From positions 9,939,521 through 10,003,520 of the forward strand of contig CP154954.1 in assembly GCA_039621445.1 (NCBI GenBank): a DNA stretch of 64,000 nucleotides. The letters run 5' to 3'. This DNA is from Euglena gracilis. Its lineage: Eukaryota. A program made the translations under genes and the position numbers. The notes under the pieces are model-generated. The model did not search any database. It saw only the letters and a list, made by a program, of their open reading frames with translations, and was not told the DNA's origin. This document shows, one piece after another, positions 1 to 15,000 of this stretch; the first letter of the stretch is position 1; the number at the start of each line of letters is the position of its first letter.

Positions 1-3000
1 TTTTGGGGTCCGTCGAACAGTTGGGCAACAAAAGGGATTTGCCACCCCAAAACGGGTGGGTAACACAAGGGATTTTGTTATTTTGGGGCCCTCGAACAGT
101 TGGGCAACAAAAGGGATTTGCCCCCCAAAACGGTTGGGTAACACAAGGGATTTTGTTATTTTGGGGCCCTCGAACAGTTTGGCAAAAAAAAGGGATTTGC
201 CCCCCAAATCCAGTTTGGGTTAAACACAAGGGATTTTGTTATTTTGGGGCCCTCGAACAGTTGGGCAACAAAAGGGATTTGCACCCCAGATCAGTTGGGT
301 TACACAAGGGATTTGCCCCGCAAAATGGGTGGGTAACACAAGGGATTTTGATATTTTGGGGCCCTCGAACAGTTGGGCAACAAAAGGGATTTGCCCCGCA
401 AAACGGGTGGGTAACACAAGGGATTGTGTTATTTTGGGGCCCTCGAACAGTTGGGCAACAAAAGGGATTTGCCCCGCAAAACGGGTGGGTAACACAAGGG
501 ATTTTGTTATTTTGGGGCCCTCGAACAGTTGGGCAACAAAAGGGATTTGCCCCCCAAAACAGGTGGGTAACACAAGGGATTTTGTTCTTTTGGGGCCCTC
601 GAACAGTTGGGCAACAAAAGGGATTTGCCCGCCAAATCAGTTGGTTTACACAAGGGATTTGCCCCCCAAAACGGGTGGGTAACACAAGGGATTGTGTTAT
701 TTTGGGGCCCTAGAAAAGAAGGGCAACAAAAGGGATTTGCCCCCCAAAACGGTGTGGGTAACACAAGGGATTTTGTTATTTTGGGGCCCTCGAACAGTTG
801 GGCAACAAAAGGGATTTGCCCCCAAAACGGGTGGGTAACACAAGGGATTTTGTTATTTTGGGGCCCTCGAACAGTTGGGCAACAAAAGGGATTTGCCCCC
901 CAAAACGGATGGGTAACACAAGGGATTTTGTTATTTTGGGGCCCTCGAACAGTTGGGCAACAAAAGGGATTTGCCCCACAAAACGGGTGGGTAACACAAG
1001 GGATTTTGTTATTTTGGGGCCCTCGAACAGTTGGGCAACAAAAGGGATTTGCCCCCCAAAACAGGTGGGTAACACAAGGGATTTTGTTCTTTTGGGGCCC
1101 TCGAACAGTTGGGCAACAAAAGGGATTTGCCCCGCAAAACGGGTGGGTAACACAAGGGATTTTGTTATTTTGGGGCCCTCGAACAGTTGGGCAACAAAAG
1201 GGATTTGCCCCCCAAAACAGGTGGGTAACACAAGGGATTTTGTTCTTTTGGGGCCCTCGAACAGTTGGGCAACAAAAGGGATTTGCCCGCCAAATCAGTT
1301 GGTTTACACAAGGGATTTGCCCCCCAAAACGGGTGGGTAACACAAGGGATTGTGTTATTTTGGGGCCCTAGAAAAGAAGGGCAACAAAAGGGATTTGCCC
1401 CCCAAAACGGTGTGGGTAACACAAGGGATTTTGTTATTTTGGGGCCCTCGAACCGTTGAGCAACAAAAGGGATTTGCCCGCCCCCAAAACGAATGGGTAA
1501 CACAAGGGATTTTGTTATTTTTGGGGCCCTCGAACAGTTGGGCAACACAAGGGATATGCCCCCCAAAACGAATGGGTAACACAAGGGATTTTGTTATTTT
1601 AGGACCCTCGAACAGTTCGGCAACCAAAGGGATTTGCCCCCCAAAACGGGTGGGTAACACAAGGGATTTTGTTATTTTGGGGCCCTCGAACAGTTGGGCA
1701 ACAAAAGGGATTTGCCCCCCAAAACAGGTGGGTAACACAAGGGATTTTGTTCTTTTGGGGCCCTCGAACAGTTGGGCAACAAAAGGGATTTGCCCCGCAA
1801 AACGGGTGGGTAACACAAGGGATTTTGTTATTTTGGGGCCCTCGAACAGTTGGGCAACAAAAGGGATTTGCCCCCCAAAACAGGTGGGTAACACAAGGGA
1901 TTTTGTTCTTTTGGGGCCCTCGAACAGTTGGGCAACAAAAGGGATTTGCCCGCCAAATCAGTTGGTTTACACAAGGGATTTGCCCCCCAAAACGGGTGGG
2001 TAACACAAGGGATTGTGTTATTTTGGGGCCCTAGAAAAGAAGGGCAACAAAAGGGATTTGCCCCCCAAAACGGGTGGGTAACACAAGGGATTTTGTCATT
2101 TTGGGGTCCTCGAACAGTTGGGCAACAAAAGGGATTTGCCCCCCCAAAACGGGTGGGTAACAGAAGGGATTTTGTTATTTTGGGGCCCTCGAACAGTTGG
2201 GCAACAAAAGGGATTTGCCCCACAAAACGGGTGGGTAACACAAGGGAATTTGATATTTAGGGGCCCTCGAACAGTTGGGCAACAAAAGGGATTTGCCCCC
2301 CAAAACGGATGGGTAACACAAGGGATTTTGTTATTTTGGGGCCCTCGAACAGTTGGGCAACAAAAGGGATTTGCCCCGCAAAACGGGTGGGTAACACAAG
2401 GGATTGTGTTATTTTGGGGCCCTAGAAAAGAAGGGCAACAAAAGGGATTTGCCCCCCAAAACGGTGTGGGTAACACAAGGGATTTTGCTATTTTGGGGCC
2501 CTCGAACAGTTGGGCAACAAAAGGGATTTGCCGCCAAAACGGGTGGGTAACACAAGGGATTTTGTTATTTTGGGGTCCTCGAACAGTTGGGCAACAAAAG
2601 GGATTTGCCCCCCCAAAACGGGTGGGTAACAGAAGGGATTTTGTTATTTTGGGGCCCTCGAACAGTTGGGCAACAAAAGGGATTTGCCCCACAAAACGGG
2701 TGGGTAACACAAGGGATTTTGTTATTTAGGGGCCCTCGAACAGTTGGGCAACAAAAGGGATTTGCCCCCCAAAACGGATGGGTAACACAAGGGATTTTGT
2801 TATTTTGGGGCCCTCGAACAGTTGGGCAACAAAAGGGATTTGCCCCTCAAAACGGGTGGGTAACACAAGGGATTTTGTTATTTTGGGGCCCTCGAACAGT
2901 TGGGCAACAAAAGGGATTTGCCCCCCAAAACAGGTGGGTAACACAAGGGATTTTGTTATTTTGGGGCCCTCGAACAGTTGGGCAACAAAAGGGATTTGCC

Positions 3001-6000
3001 CGCCAAATCAGTTGGTTTACACAAGGGATTTGCCCCCCAAAACGGGTGGGTAACACAAGGGATTGTGTTATTATGGGGCCCTAGAAAAGAGGGGCAACAA
3101 AAGGGATTTGCCCCCGAAAACGGTGTGGGTAACACAAGGGATTTTGTTATTTTGGGGCCCTCGAACAGTTGGGCAACAAAAGGGATTTGCCCCCAAAACG
3201 GGTGGGTAACACAAGGGATTTTGTTATTTTGGGGTCCTCGAACAGTTGGGCAACAAAAGGGATTTGCCACCCCAAAACGGGTGGGTAACAGAAGGGATTT
3301 TGTTATTTTGGGGCCCTCGAACAGTTGGGCAACAAAAGGGATTTGCCCCCCAAAACGGGTGGGTAACACAAGGGATTTTGTTATTTTGGGGCCCTGGAAC
3401 AGTTGGGCAACAAAAGGGATTTGCCCCCCAAATCAGTTGGGTTACACAAGGGATTTTGTTATTTTGGGGCCCTCGAACAGTTGGGCAACAAAAGGGATTT
3501 GCACCCCAGATCAGTTGGGTTACACAAGGGATTTGCCCCGCAAAATGGGTGGGTAACACAAGGGATTTTGTTATTTTGGGGCCCTCGAACAGTTGGGCAA
3601 CAAAAGGGATTTGCCGCGCAAAACGGGTGGGTAACACAAGGGATTGTGTTATTTTGGGGCCCTAGAAAAGAAGGGCAACAAAAGGGATTTGCCCCGGGTG
3701 TGTGGGTAACACAAGGGATTTTGTTATTTAGGGGCCCTCGAACAGTTGGGCAACAAAAGGGATTTGCCCCCCAAAACGGATGGGTAACACAAGGGATTTT
3801 GTTATTTTGGGGCCCTCGAACAGTTGGGCAACAAAAGGGATTTGCCCCGCAAAACGGGTGGGTAACACAAGGGATTTTGTTATTTTGGGGCCCTCGAACA
3901 GTTGGGCAACAAAAGGGATTTGCCCCCCAAAACAGGTGGGTAACACAAGGGATTTTGTTATTTTGGGGCCCTCGAACAGTTGGGCAACAAAAGGGATTTG
4001 CCCGCCAAATCAGTTGGTTTGCACAAGGGATTTGCCCCCCAAAACGGGTGGGTAACACAAGGGATTGTGTTATTTTGGGGCCCTAGAAAAGAAGGGCAAC
4101 AAAAGGGATTTGCCCCCCAAAACGGTGTGGGTAACACAAGGGATTTTGCTATTTTGGGGCCCTCGAACAGTTGGGCAACAAAAGGGATTTGCCGCCAAAA
4201 CGGGTGGGTAACACAAGGGATTTTGTTATTTTGGGGTCCTCGAACAGTTGGGCAACAAAAGGGATTTGCCCCCCCAAAACGGGTGGGTAACAGAAGGGAT
4301 TTTGTTATTTTGGGGCCCTCGAACAGTTGGGCAACAAAAGGGATTTGCCCCACAAAACGGGTGGGTAACACAAGGGATTTTGTTATTTAGGGGCCCTCGA
4401 ACAGTTGGGCAACAAAAGGGATTTGCCCCCCAAAACGGATGGGTAACACAAGGGATTTTGTTATTTTGGGGCCCTCGAACAGTTGGGCAACAAAAGGGAT
4501 TTGCCCCTCAAAACGGGTGGGTAACACAAGGGATTTTGTTATTTTGGGGCCCTCGAACAGTTGGGCAACAAAAGGGATTTGCCCCCCAAAACAGGTGGGT
4601 AACACAAGGGATTTTGTTATTTTGGGGCCCTCGAACAGTTGGGCAACAAAAGGGATTTGCCCGCCAAATCAGTTGGTTTACACAAGGGATTTGCCCCCCA
4701 AAACGGGTGGGTAACACAAGGGGTTTTTGTATTTTGGGGGCCTAGAAAAGAAGGGCAACAAAAGGGATTTGCCCCCGAAAACGGTGTGGGTAACACAAGG
4801 GATTTTGTTATTTTGGGGCCCTCGAACAGTTGGGCAACAAAAGGGATTTGCCCCCAAAACGGGTGGGTAACACAAGGGATTTTGTTATTTTGGGGTCCTC
4901 GAACAGTTGGGCAACAAAAGGGATTTGCCACCCCAAAACGGGTGGGTAACAGAAGGGATTTTGTTATTTTGGGGCCCTCGAACAGTTGGGCAACAAAAGG
5001 GATTTGCCCCCCAAAACGGGTGGGTAACACAAGGGATTTTGTTATTTTGGGGCCCTGGAACAGTTGGGCAACAAAAGGGATTTGCCCCCCAAATCAGTTG
5101 GGTTACACAAGGGATTTTGTTATTTTGGGGCCCTCGAACAGTTGGGCAACAAAAGGGATTTGCACCCCAGATCAGTTGGGTTACACAAGGGATTTGCCCC
5201 GCAAAATGGGTGGGTAACACAAGGGATTTTGTTATTTTGGGGCCCTCGAACAGTTGGGCAACAAAAGGGATTTGCCGCGCAAAACGGGTGGGTAACACAA
5301 GGGATTGTGTTATTTTGGGGCCCTAGAAAAGAAGGGCAACAAAAGGGATTTGCCCCCCAAAACGGTGTGGGTAACACAAGGGATTTTGTTATTTAGGGGC
5401 CCTCGAACAGTTGGGCAACAAAAGGGATTTGCCCCCCAAAACGGATGGGTAACACAAGGGATTTTGTTATTTTGGGGCCCTCGAACAGTTGGGCAACAAA
5501 AGGGATTTGCCCCGCAAAACGGGTGGGTAACACAAGGGATTTTGTTATTTTGGGGCCCTCGAACAGTTGGGCAACAAAAGGGATTTGCCCCCCAAAACAG
5601 GTGGGTAACACAAGGGATTTTGTTATTTTGGGGCCCTCGAACAGTTGGGCAACAAAAGGGATTTGCCCGCCAAATCAGTTGGTTTGCACAAGGGATTTGC
5701 CCCCCAAAACGGGTGGGTAACACAAGGGATTGTGTTATTTTGGGGCCCTAGAAAAGACCGGCAACAAAAGGGATTTGCCCCCCAAAACGGTGTGGGTAAC
5801 ACAAGGGATTTTGTTATTTTGGGGCGGCAACAAAAGGGATTTGCCCCCAAAACGGGTGGGTAACACAAGGGATTTTGTTATTTTGGGGTCCTCGAACAGT
5901 TGGGCAACAAAAGGGATTTGCCCCCCAAAACGGGTGGGTAACAGAAGGGATTTTGTTATTTTGGGGCCCTCGAACAGTTGGGCAACAAAAGGGATTTGCC

Positions 6001-9000
6001 CCCCAAAACGGGTGGGTAACACAAGGGATTTTGTTATTTTGGGGCCCTCGAACATTTGGGCAACAAAAGGGATTTGCCCCCCAAATCAGTTGGGTTACAC
6101 AAGGGATTTTGTTATTTTGGGGCCTTCGAACAGTTGGGCAACAAAAGGGATTTGCACCCCAGATCAGTTGGGTTACACAAGGGATTTGCCCCACAAAATG
6201 GGTGGGTAACACAAGGGATTTTGTTATTTTGGGGCCCTCGAACAGTTGGGCAACAAAAGGGATTTGCCCCGCAAAACGGGTGGGTAACACAAGGGATTTT
6301 GTTATTTTGGGGCCCTCGAACAGTTGGGCAACAAAAGGGATTTGCCCCCCAAAACAGGTGGGTAACACAAGGGATTTTGTTCTTTTGGGGCCCTCGAACA
6401 GTTGGGCAACAAAAGGGATTTGCCCGCCAAATCAGTTGGTTTACACAAGGGATTTGCCCCCCAAAACGGGTGGGTAACACAAGGGATTGTGTTATTTTGG
6501 GGCCCTAGAAAAGAAGGGCAACAAAAGGGATTTGCCCCCCAAAACGGTGTGGGTAACACAAGGGATTTTGTTATTTTGGGGCCCTCGAACAGTTGGGCAA
6601 CAAAAGGGATTTGCCCCCAAAACGGGTGGGTAACACAAGGGATTTTGTTATTTTGGGGCCCTCGAACAGTTGGGCAACAAAAGGGATTTGCCCCCCAAAA
6701 CGGATGGGTAACACAAGGGATTTTGTTATTTTGGGGCCCTCGAACAGTTGGGCAACAAAAGGGATTTGCCCCCCAAAACAGGTGGGTAACACAAGGGATT
6801 TTGTTCTTTTGGGGCCCTCGAACAGTTGGGCAACAAAAGGTTTTTTCCCCCCAAAACGGGTGGGTAACACAAGGGATTTTGTTATTTTGGGGCCCTCGAA
6901 CAGTTGGGCAACAAAAGGGATTTGCCCCCCAAAACAGGTGGGTAACACAAGGGATTTTGTTCTTTTGGGGCCCTCGAACAGTTGGGCAACAAAAGGGATT
7001 TGCCCGCCAAATCAGTTGGTTTACACAAGGGATTTGCCCCCCAAAACGGGTGGGTAACACAAGGGATTGTGTTATTTTGGGGCCCTAGAAAAGAAGGGCA
7101 ACAAAAGGGATTTGCCCCCCAAAACGGTGTGGGTAACACAAGGGATTTTGTTATTTTGGGGCCCTCGAACAGTTGGGCAACAAAAGGGATTTGCCCCCAA
7201 AACGGGTGGGTAACACAAGGGATTTTGTCATTTTGGGGTCCTCGAACAGTTGGGCAACAAAAGGGATTTGCCCCCCAAAACGGGTGGGTAACAGAAGGGA
7301 TTTTGTTATTTTGGGGCCCTCGAACAGTTGGGCAACAAAAGGGATTTGCCCCACAAAACGGGTGGGTAACACAAGGGAATTTGATATTTAGGGGCCCTCG
7401 AACAGTTGGGCAACAAAAGGGATTTGCCCCCCAAAACGGATGGGTAACACAAGGGATTTTGTTATTTTGGGGCCCTCGAACAGTTGGGCAACAAAAGGGA
7501 TTTGCCCCGCAAAACGGGTGGGTAACACAAGGGATTGTGTTATTTTGGGGCCCTAGAAAAGAAGGGCAACAAAAGGGATTTGCCCCCCAAAACGGTGTGG
7601 GTAACACAAGGGATTTTGCTATTTTGGGGCCCTCGAACAGTTGGGCAACAAAAGGGATTTGCCGCCAAAACGGGTGGGTAACACAAGGGATTTTGTTATT
7701 TTGGGGTCCTCGAACAGTTGGGCAACAAAAGGGATTTGCCCCCCCAAAACGGGTGGGTAACAGAAGGGATTTTGTTATTTTGGGGCCCTCGAACAGTTGG
7801 GCAACAAAAGGGATTTGCCCCACAAAACGGGTGGGTAACACAAGGGATTTTGTTATTTAGGGGCCCTCGAACAGTTGGGCAACAAAAGGGATTTGCCCCC
7901 CAAAACGGATGGGTAACACAAGGGATTTTGTTATTTTGGGGCCCTCGAACAGTTGGGCAACAAAAGGGATTTGCCCCCCAAAACGGGTGGGTAACACAAG
8001 GGATTTTGTTATTTTGGGGCCCTCGAACAGTTGGGCAACAAAAGGGATTTGCCCCCCAAAACAGGTGGGTAACACAAGGGATTTTGTTATTTTGGGGCCC
8101 TCGAACAGTTGGGCAACAAAAGGGATTTGCCCGCCAAATCAGTTGGTTTACACAAGGGATTTGCCCCCCAAAACGGGTGGGTAACACAAGGGATTGTGTT
8201 ATTTTGGGGCCCTAGAAAAGAAGGGCAACAAAAGGGATTTGCCCCCGAAAACGGTGTGGGTAACACAAGGGATTTTGTTATTTTGGGGCCCTCGAACAGT
8301 TGGGCAACAAAAGGGATTTGCCCCCAAAACGGGTGGGTAACACAAGGGATTTTGTTATTTTGGGGTCCTCGAACAGTTGGGCAACAAAAGGGATTTGCCA
8401 CCCCAAAACGGGTGGGTAACAGAAGGGATTTTGTTATTTTGGGGCCCTCGAACAGTTGGGCAACAAAAGGGATTTGCCCCCCAAAACGGGTGGGTAACAC
8501 AAGGGATTTTGTTATTTTGGGGCCCTGGAACAGTTGGGCAACAAAAGGGATTTGCCCCCCAAATCAGTTGGGTTACACAAGGGATTTTGTTATTTTGGGG
8601 CCCTCGAACAGTTGGGCAACAAAAGGGATTTGCACCCCAGATCAGTTGGGTTACACAAGGGATTTGCCCCCCAAAACGGGTGGGTAACACAAGGGATTTT
8701 GTTATTTTGGGGCCCTCGAACAGTTGGGCAACAAAAGGGATTTGCCCCGCAAAACGGGTGGGTAACACAAGGGATTGTGTTATTTTGGGGCCCTAGAAAA
8801 GAAGGGCAACAAAAGGGATTTGCCCCCCAAAACGGTGTGGGTAACACAAGGGATTTTGTTATTTAGGGGCCCTCGAACAGTTGGGCAACAAAAGGGATTT
8901 GCCCCCCAAAACGGATGGGTAACACAAGGGATTTTGTTATTTTGGGGCCCTCGAACAGTTGGGCAACAAAAGGGATTTGCCCCGCAAAACGGGTGGGTAA

Positions 9001-12000
9001 CACAAGGGATTTTGTTATTTTGGGGCCCTCGAACAGTTGGGCAACAAAAGGGATTTGCCCCCCAAAACAGGTGGGTAACACAAGGGATTTTGTTATTTTG
9101 GGGCCCTCGAACAGTTGGGCAACAAAAAGGATTTGCCCGCCAAATCAGTTGGTTTGCACAAGGGATTTGCCCCCCAAAACGGGTGGGTAACACAAGGGAT
9201 TGTGTTATTTTGGGGCCCTAGAAAAGAAGGGCAACAAAAGGGATTTGCCCCCCAAAACGGTGTGGGTAACACAAGGGATTTTGTTATTTTGGGGCGGCAA
9301 CAAAAGGGATTTGCCCCCAAAACGGGTGGGTAACACAAGGGATTTTGTTATTTTGGGGCCCTCGAACAGTTGGGCAACAAAAGGGATTTGCCCCCCAAAA
9401 CGGGTGGGTAACACAAGGGATTTTGTTATTTTGGGGCCCTCGAACATTTGGGCAACAAAAGGGATTTGCCCCCCAAATCAGTTGGGTTACACAAGGGATT
9501 TTGTTATTTTGGGGCCTTCGAACAGTTGGGCAACAAAAGGGATTTGCACCCCAGATCAGTTGGGTTACACAAGGGATTTGCCCCACAAAATGGGTGGGTA
9601 ACACAAGGGATTTTGTTATTTTGGGGCCCTCGAACAGTTGGGCAACAAAAGGGATTTGCCCCGCAAAACGGGTGGGTAACACAAGGGATTTTGTTATTTT
9701 GGGGCCCTCGAACAGTTGGGCAACAAAAGGGATTTGCCCCCCAAAACAGGTGGGTAACACAAGGGATTTTGTTCTTTTGGGGCCCTCGAACAGTTGGGCA
9801 ACAAAAGGGATTTGCCCGCCAAATCAGTTGGTTTACACAAGGGATTTGCCCCCCAAAACGGGTGGGTAACACAAGGGATTGTGTTATTTTGGGGCCCTAG
9901 AAAAGAAGGGCAACAAAAGGGATTTGCCCCCCAAAACGGTGTGGGTAACAGAAGGGATTTTGTTATTTTGGGGCCCTCGAACAGTTGGGCAACAAAAGGG
10001 ATTTGCCCCACAAAACGGGTGGGTAACACAAGGGAATTTGATATTTAGGGGCCCTCGAACAGTTGGGCAACAAAAGGGATTTGCCCCCCAAAACGGATGG
10101 GTAACACAAGGGATTTTGTTATTTTGGGGCCCTCGAACAGTTGGGCAACAAAAGGGATTTGCCCCGCAAAACGGGTGGGTAACACAAGGGATTGTGTTAT
10201 TTTGGGGCCCTAGAAAAGAAGGGCAACAAAAGGGATTTGCCCCCAAAACGGGTGGGTAACACAAGGGATTTTGCTATTTTGGGGCCCTCGAACAGTTGGG
10301 CAACAAAAGGGATTTTCCCCCCAAAAAGGCGGTGTAACAAAAAGGATTTTGTCAGTTTGGGGGCCTCGAACAGGTGGGCAACAAAAGGGATTTGCCCCCC
10401 CAAAACGGGTGGGTAACAGAAGGGATTTTGTTATTTTGGGGCCCTCGAACAGTTGGGCAACAAAAGGGATTTGCCCCACAAAACGGGTGGGTAACACAAG
10501 GGATTTTGTTATTTAGGGGCCCTCGAACAGTTGGGCAACAAAAGGGATTTGCCCCCCAAAACGGATGGGTAACACAAGGGATTTTGTTATTTTGGGGCCC
10601 TCGAACAGTTGGGCAACAAAAGGGATTAGCCCCGCAAAACGGGTGGGTAACACAAGGGATTTTGTTATTTTGGGGCCCTCGAACAGTTGGGCAACAAAAG
10701 GGATTTGCCCCCCAAAACAGGTGGGTAACACAAGGGATTTTGTTATTTTGGGGCCCTCGAACAGTTGGGCAACAAAAGGGATTTGCCCGCCAAAACAGTG
10801 GGTTTAAACAAGGGATTTGCCCGCCAAAAGGGTGGGTGGGTAACACAAGGGATTGTGTTATTTTGGGGCCCTAGAAAAGAAGGGCAACAAAAGGGATTTG
10901 CCCCCCAAAACGGGTGGGTAACACAAGGGATTTTGTTATTTTGGGGCCCTCGAACAGTTGGGCAACAAAAGGGATTTGCCCCCAAAACGGGTGGGTAACA
11001 CAAGGGATTTTGTTATTTTGGGGTCCTCGAACAGTTGGGCAACAAAAGGGATTTGCCCCCCCAAAACGGGTGGGTAACAGAAGGGATTTTTGTTATTTTG
11101 GGGCCCTCGAACAGTTGGGCAACAAAAGGGATTTGCCCCCCAAAACGGGTGGGTAACACAAGGGATTTTGTTATTTTGGGGCCCTCGAACATTTGGGCAA
11201 CAAAAGGGATTTGCCCCCCAAATCAGTTGGGTTACACAAGGGATTTTGTTATTTTGGGGCCCTCGAACAGTTGGGCAACAAAAGGGATTTGCCCCCCAGA
11301 TCAGTGGTGTTACACAAGGGATTTGCCCCGCAAAATGGGTGGGTAACACAAGGGATTTTGTTATTTTGGGGCCCTCGAACAGTTGGGCAACAAAAGGGAT
11401 TTGCCCCGCAAAACGGGTGGGTAACACAAGGGATTGTGTTATTTTGGGGCCCTGGAAAAGAAGGGCAACAAAAGGGATTTGCCCCCCAAAACGGTGTGGG
11501 TAACACAAGGGATTTTGTTATTTTGGGGCCCTCGAACAGTTGGGCAACAAAAGGGATTTGCCCCCCAAAACGGGTGGGTAACACAAGGGATTTTGTTATT
11601 TTGGGGCCCTCGAACATTTGGGCAACAAAAGGGATTTGCCCCCCAAATCAGTTGGGTTACACAAGGGATTTTGTTATTTTGGGGCCCTCGAACAGTTGGG
11701 CAACAAAAGGGATTTGCACCCCAGATCAGTTGGGTTACACAAGGGATTTGCCCCGCAAAATGGGTGGGTAACACAAGGGATTTTGTTATTTTGGGGCCCT
11801 CGAACAGTTGGGCAACAAAAGGGATTTGCCCCCAAAACGGGGTGGGTAACACAAGGGATTTTGTTATTTTGGGGCCCTCGAACAGTTGGGCAACAAAAGG
11901 GATTTGCCCCCCAAAACGGGTGGGTAACACAAGGGATTTTGTTATTTTGGGGCCCTCGAACAGTTGGGCAACAAAAGGGATTTGCCCCCCAAAACGGGTG

Positions 12001-15000
12001 GGTAACACAAGGGATTTTGTTATTTTGGGGCCCTCGAACAGTTGGGCAACAAAAGGGATTTGCCCCGCAAAATGGGGTGGGAACACAAGGGAATGTATTA
12101 TTTTGGGGCCCTAGAAAAGGTGGGGAACAAAAGGGATTTGCCCCCCAAAACGGGTGGGTAACACAAGGGATTTTGTTATTTTGGGGCCCTCGAACAGTTG
12201 GGCAACAAAAGGGATTTGCCCCCAAAACGGGTGGGTAACACAAGGGATTTTGTTATTTTGGGGCCTCGAACAGTTGGGCAACAAAAGGGATTTGCCCCCC
12301 CAAAACGAATGGGTAACAGAACAAGGGATTTTGTTATTTTGGGGCCCTCGAACAGTTGGGCAACAAAAGGGATTTGCCCCACAAAACGGGTGGGTAACAC
12401 AAGGGATTTTGTTATTTAGGGGCCCTCGAACAGTTGGGCAACAAAAGGGATTTGCCCCCCAAAACGGATGGGTAACACAAGGGATTTTGTTATTTTGGGG
12501 CCCTCGAACAGTTGGGCAACAAAAGGGATTTGCCCCCCCAAAACGGGTGGGTAACACAAGGGATTTTGTTATTTTGGGGCCCTCGAACAGTTGGGCAACA
12601 AAAGGGATTTGCCCCCCAAAACAGGTGGGTAACACAAGGGATTTTGTTATTTTGGGGCCCTCGAACAGTTGGGCAACAAAAGGGATTTGCCCCCCAAAAC
12701 GGGTGGGTAACACAAGGGATTTTGTTATTTTGGGGCCCTCGAACAGTTGGGCAACAAAAAGGGATTTGCCCGCCAAATCAGTTGGTTTACACAAGGGATT
12801 TGCCCCCCAAAACGGGTGGGTAACACAAGGGATTGTGTTATTTTGGGGCCCTAGAAAAGAAGGGCAACAAAAGGGATTTGCCCCCGAAAACGGTTGGGTA
12901 ACACAAGGGATTTTGTTATTTAGGGGCCCTCGAACAGTTGGGCAACAAAAGGGATTTGCCCCCCAAAACGGGTGGGTAACACAAGGGATTTTGTAATTTT
13001 GGGGCCCTCGAACAGTTGGGCAACAAAAGGGATTTGCCCCCCAAAACGGGTGGGTAACACAAGGGATTTTGTTATTTTGGGGCCCTCGAACAGTTGGGCA
13101 ACAAAAGGGATTTGCCCCCCAAAACGGGTGGGTAACACAAGGGATTTTGTTATTTTGGGGCCCTCGAACATTTGGGCAACAAAAGGGATTTGCCCCCCAA
13201 ATCAGTTGGGTTACACAAGGGATTTTGTTATTTTGGGGCCCTCGAACAGTTGGGCAACAAAAGGGATTTGCACCCCAGATCAGTTGGGTTACACAAGGGA
13301 TTTGCCCCGCAAAATGGGTGGGTAACACAAGGGATTTTGTTATTTTGGGGCCCTCGAACAGTTGGGCAACAAAAGGGATTTGCCCCGCAAAACGGGTGGG
13401 TAACACAAGGGATTGTGTTATTTTGGGGCCCTGGAAAAGAAGGGCAACAAAAGGGATTTGCCCCCCAAAACGGTGTGGGTAACACAAGGGATTTTGTTAT
13501 TTTGGGGTCCGCGAACAGTTGGGCAACAAAAGGGATTTGCCCCCCAAAACGGGTGGGTAACACAAGGGACTTTTTTATTTTGGGGCCCTCGAACATTTGG
13601 GCAACAAAAGGGATTTGCCCCCCAAATCAGTTGGGTTACACAAGGGATTTTGTTATTTTGGGGCCCTCGAACAGTTGGGCAACAAAAGGGATTTGCACCC
13701 CAGATCAGTTGGGTTACACAAGGGATTTGCCCCGCAAAATGGGTGGGTAACACAAGGGATTTTGTTATTTTGGGGCCCTCGAACAGTTGGGCAACAAAAG
13801 GGATTTGTCCCCCAAAACGGGTGGGTAACACAAGGGATTTTGTTATTTAGGGGCCCTCGAACAGTTGGGCAACAAAAGGGATTTGCCCCACAAAACGGGT
13901 GGGTAACACAAGGGATTTTGTTATTTTGGGGCCCTCGAACAGTTGGGCAACAAAAGGGATTTGCCCCCCAAAACGGGTGGGTAACACAAGGGATTTTGTT
14001 ATTTTGGGGCCCTCGAACAGTTGGGCAACAAAAGGGATTTGCCCCGCAAAACGGGTGGGTAACACAAGGGATTGTGTTATTTTGGGGCCCTAGAAAAGAA
14101 GGGCAACAAAAGGGATTTGCCCCCCAAAACGGGTGGGTAACACAAGGGATTTTGTTATTTTGGGGCCCTCGAACAGTTGGGCAACAAAAGGGATTTGCCC
14201 CCAAAACGGGTGGGTAACACAAGGGATTTTGTTATTTTGGGGTCCTCGAACAGTTGGGCAACAAAAGGGATTTGCCCCCCCAAAACGGGTGGGTAACAGA
14301 AGGGATTTTGTTATTTTGGGGCCCTCGAACAGTTGGGCAACAAAAGGGATTTGCCCCACAAAACGGATGGGTAACACAAGGGATTTTGTTATTTAGGGGC
14401 CCTCGAACAGTTGGGCAACAAAAGGGATTTGCCCCCCAAAACGGATGGGTAACACAAGGGATTTTGTTATTTTGGGGCCCTCGAACAGTTGGGCAACAAA
14501 AGGGATTTGCCCCCCCAAAACGGGTGGGTAACACAAGGGATTTTGTTATTTTGGGGCCCTCGAACAGTTGGGCAACAAAAGGGATTTGCCCCCCAAAACA
14601 GGTGGGTAACACAAGGGATTTTGTTATTTTGGGGCCCTCGAACAGTTGGGCAACAAAAGGGATTTGCCCCCCAAAACGGGTGGGTAACACAAGGGATTTT
14701 GTTATTTTGGGGCCCTCGAACAGTTGGGCAACAAAAGGGATTTGCCCGCCAAATCAGTTGGTTTACACAAGGGATTTGCCCCCCAAAACGGGTGGGTAAC
14801 ACAAGGGATTGTGTTATTTTGGGGCCCTAGAAAAGAAGGGCAACAAAAGGGATTTGCCGCGGAAAACGGTTGGGTAACACAAGGGATTTTGGTATTTAGG
14901 GGCCCTCGAACAGTTGGGCAACAAAAAGGATTTGCCCCCCAAAACGGGTAACACAAGGGATTTTGTTATTTTGGGGCCCTCGAACAGTTGGGCAACAAAA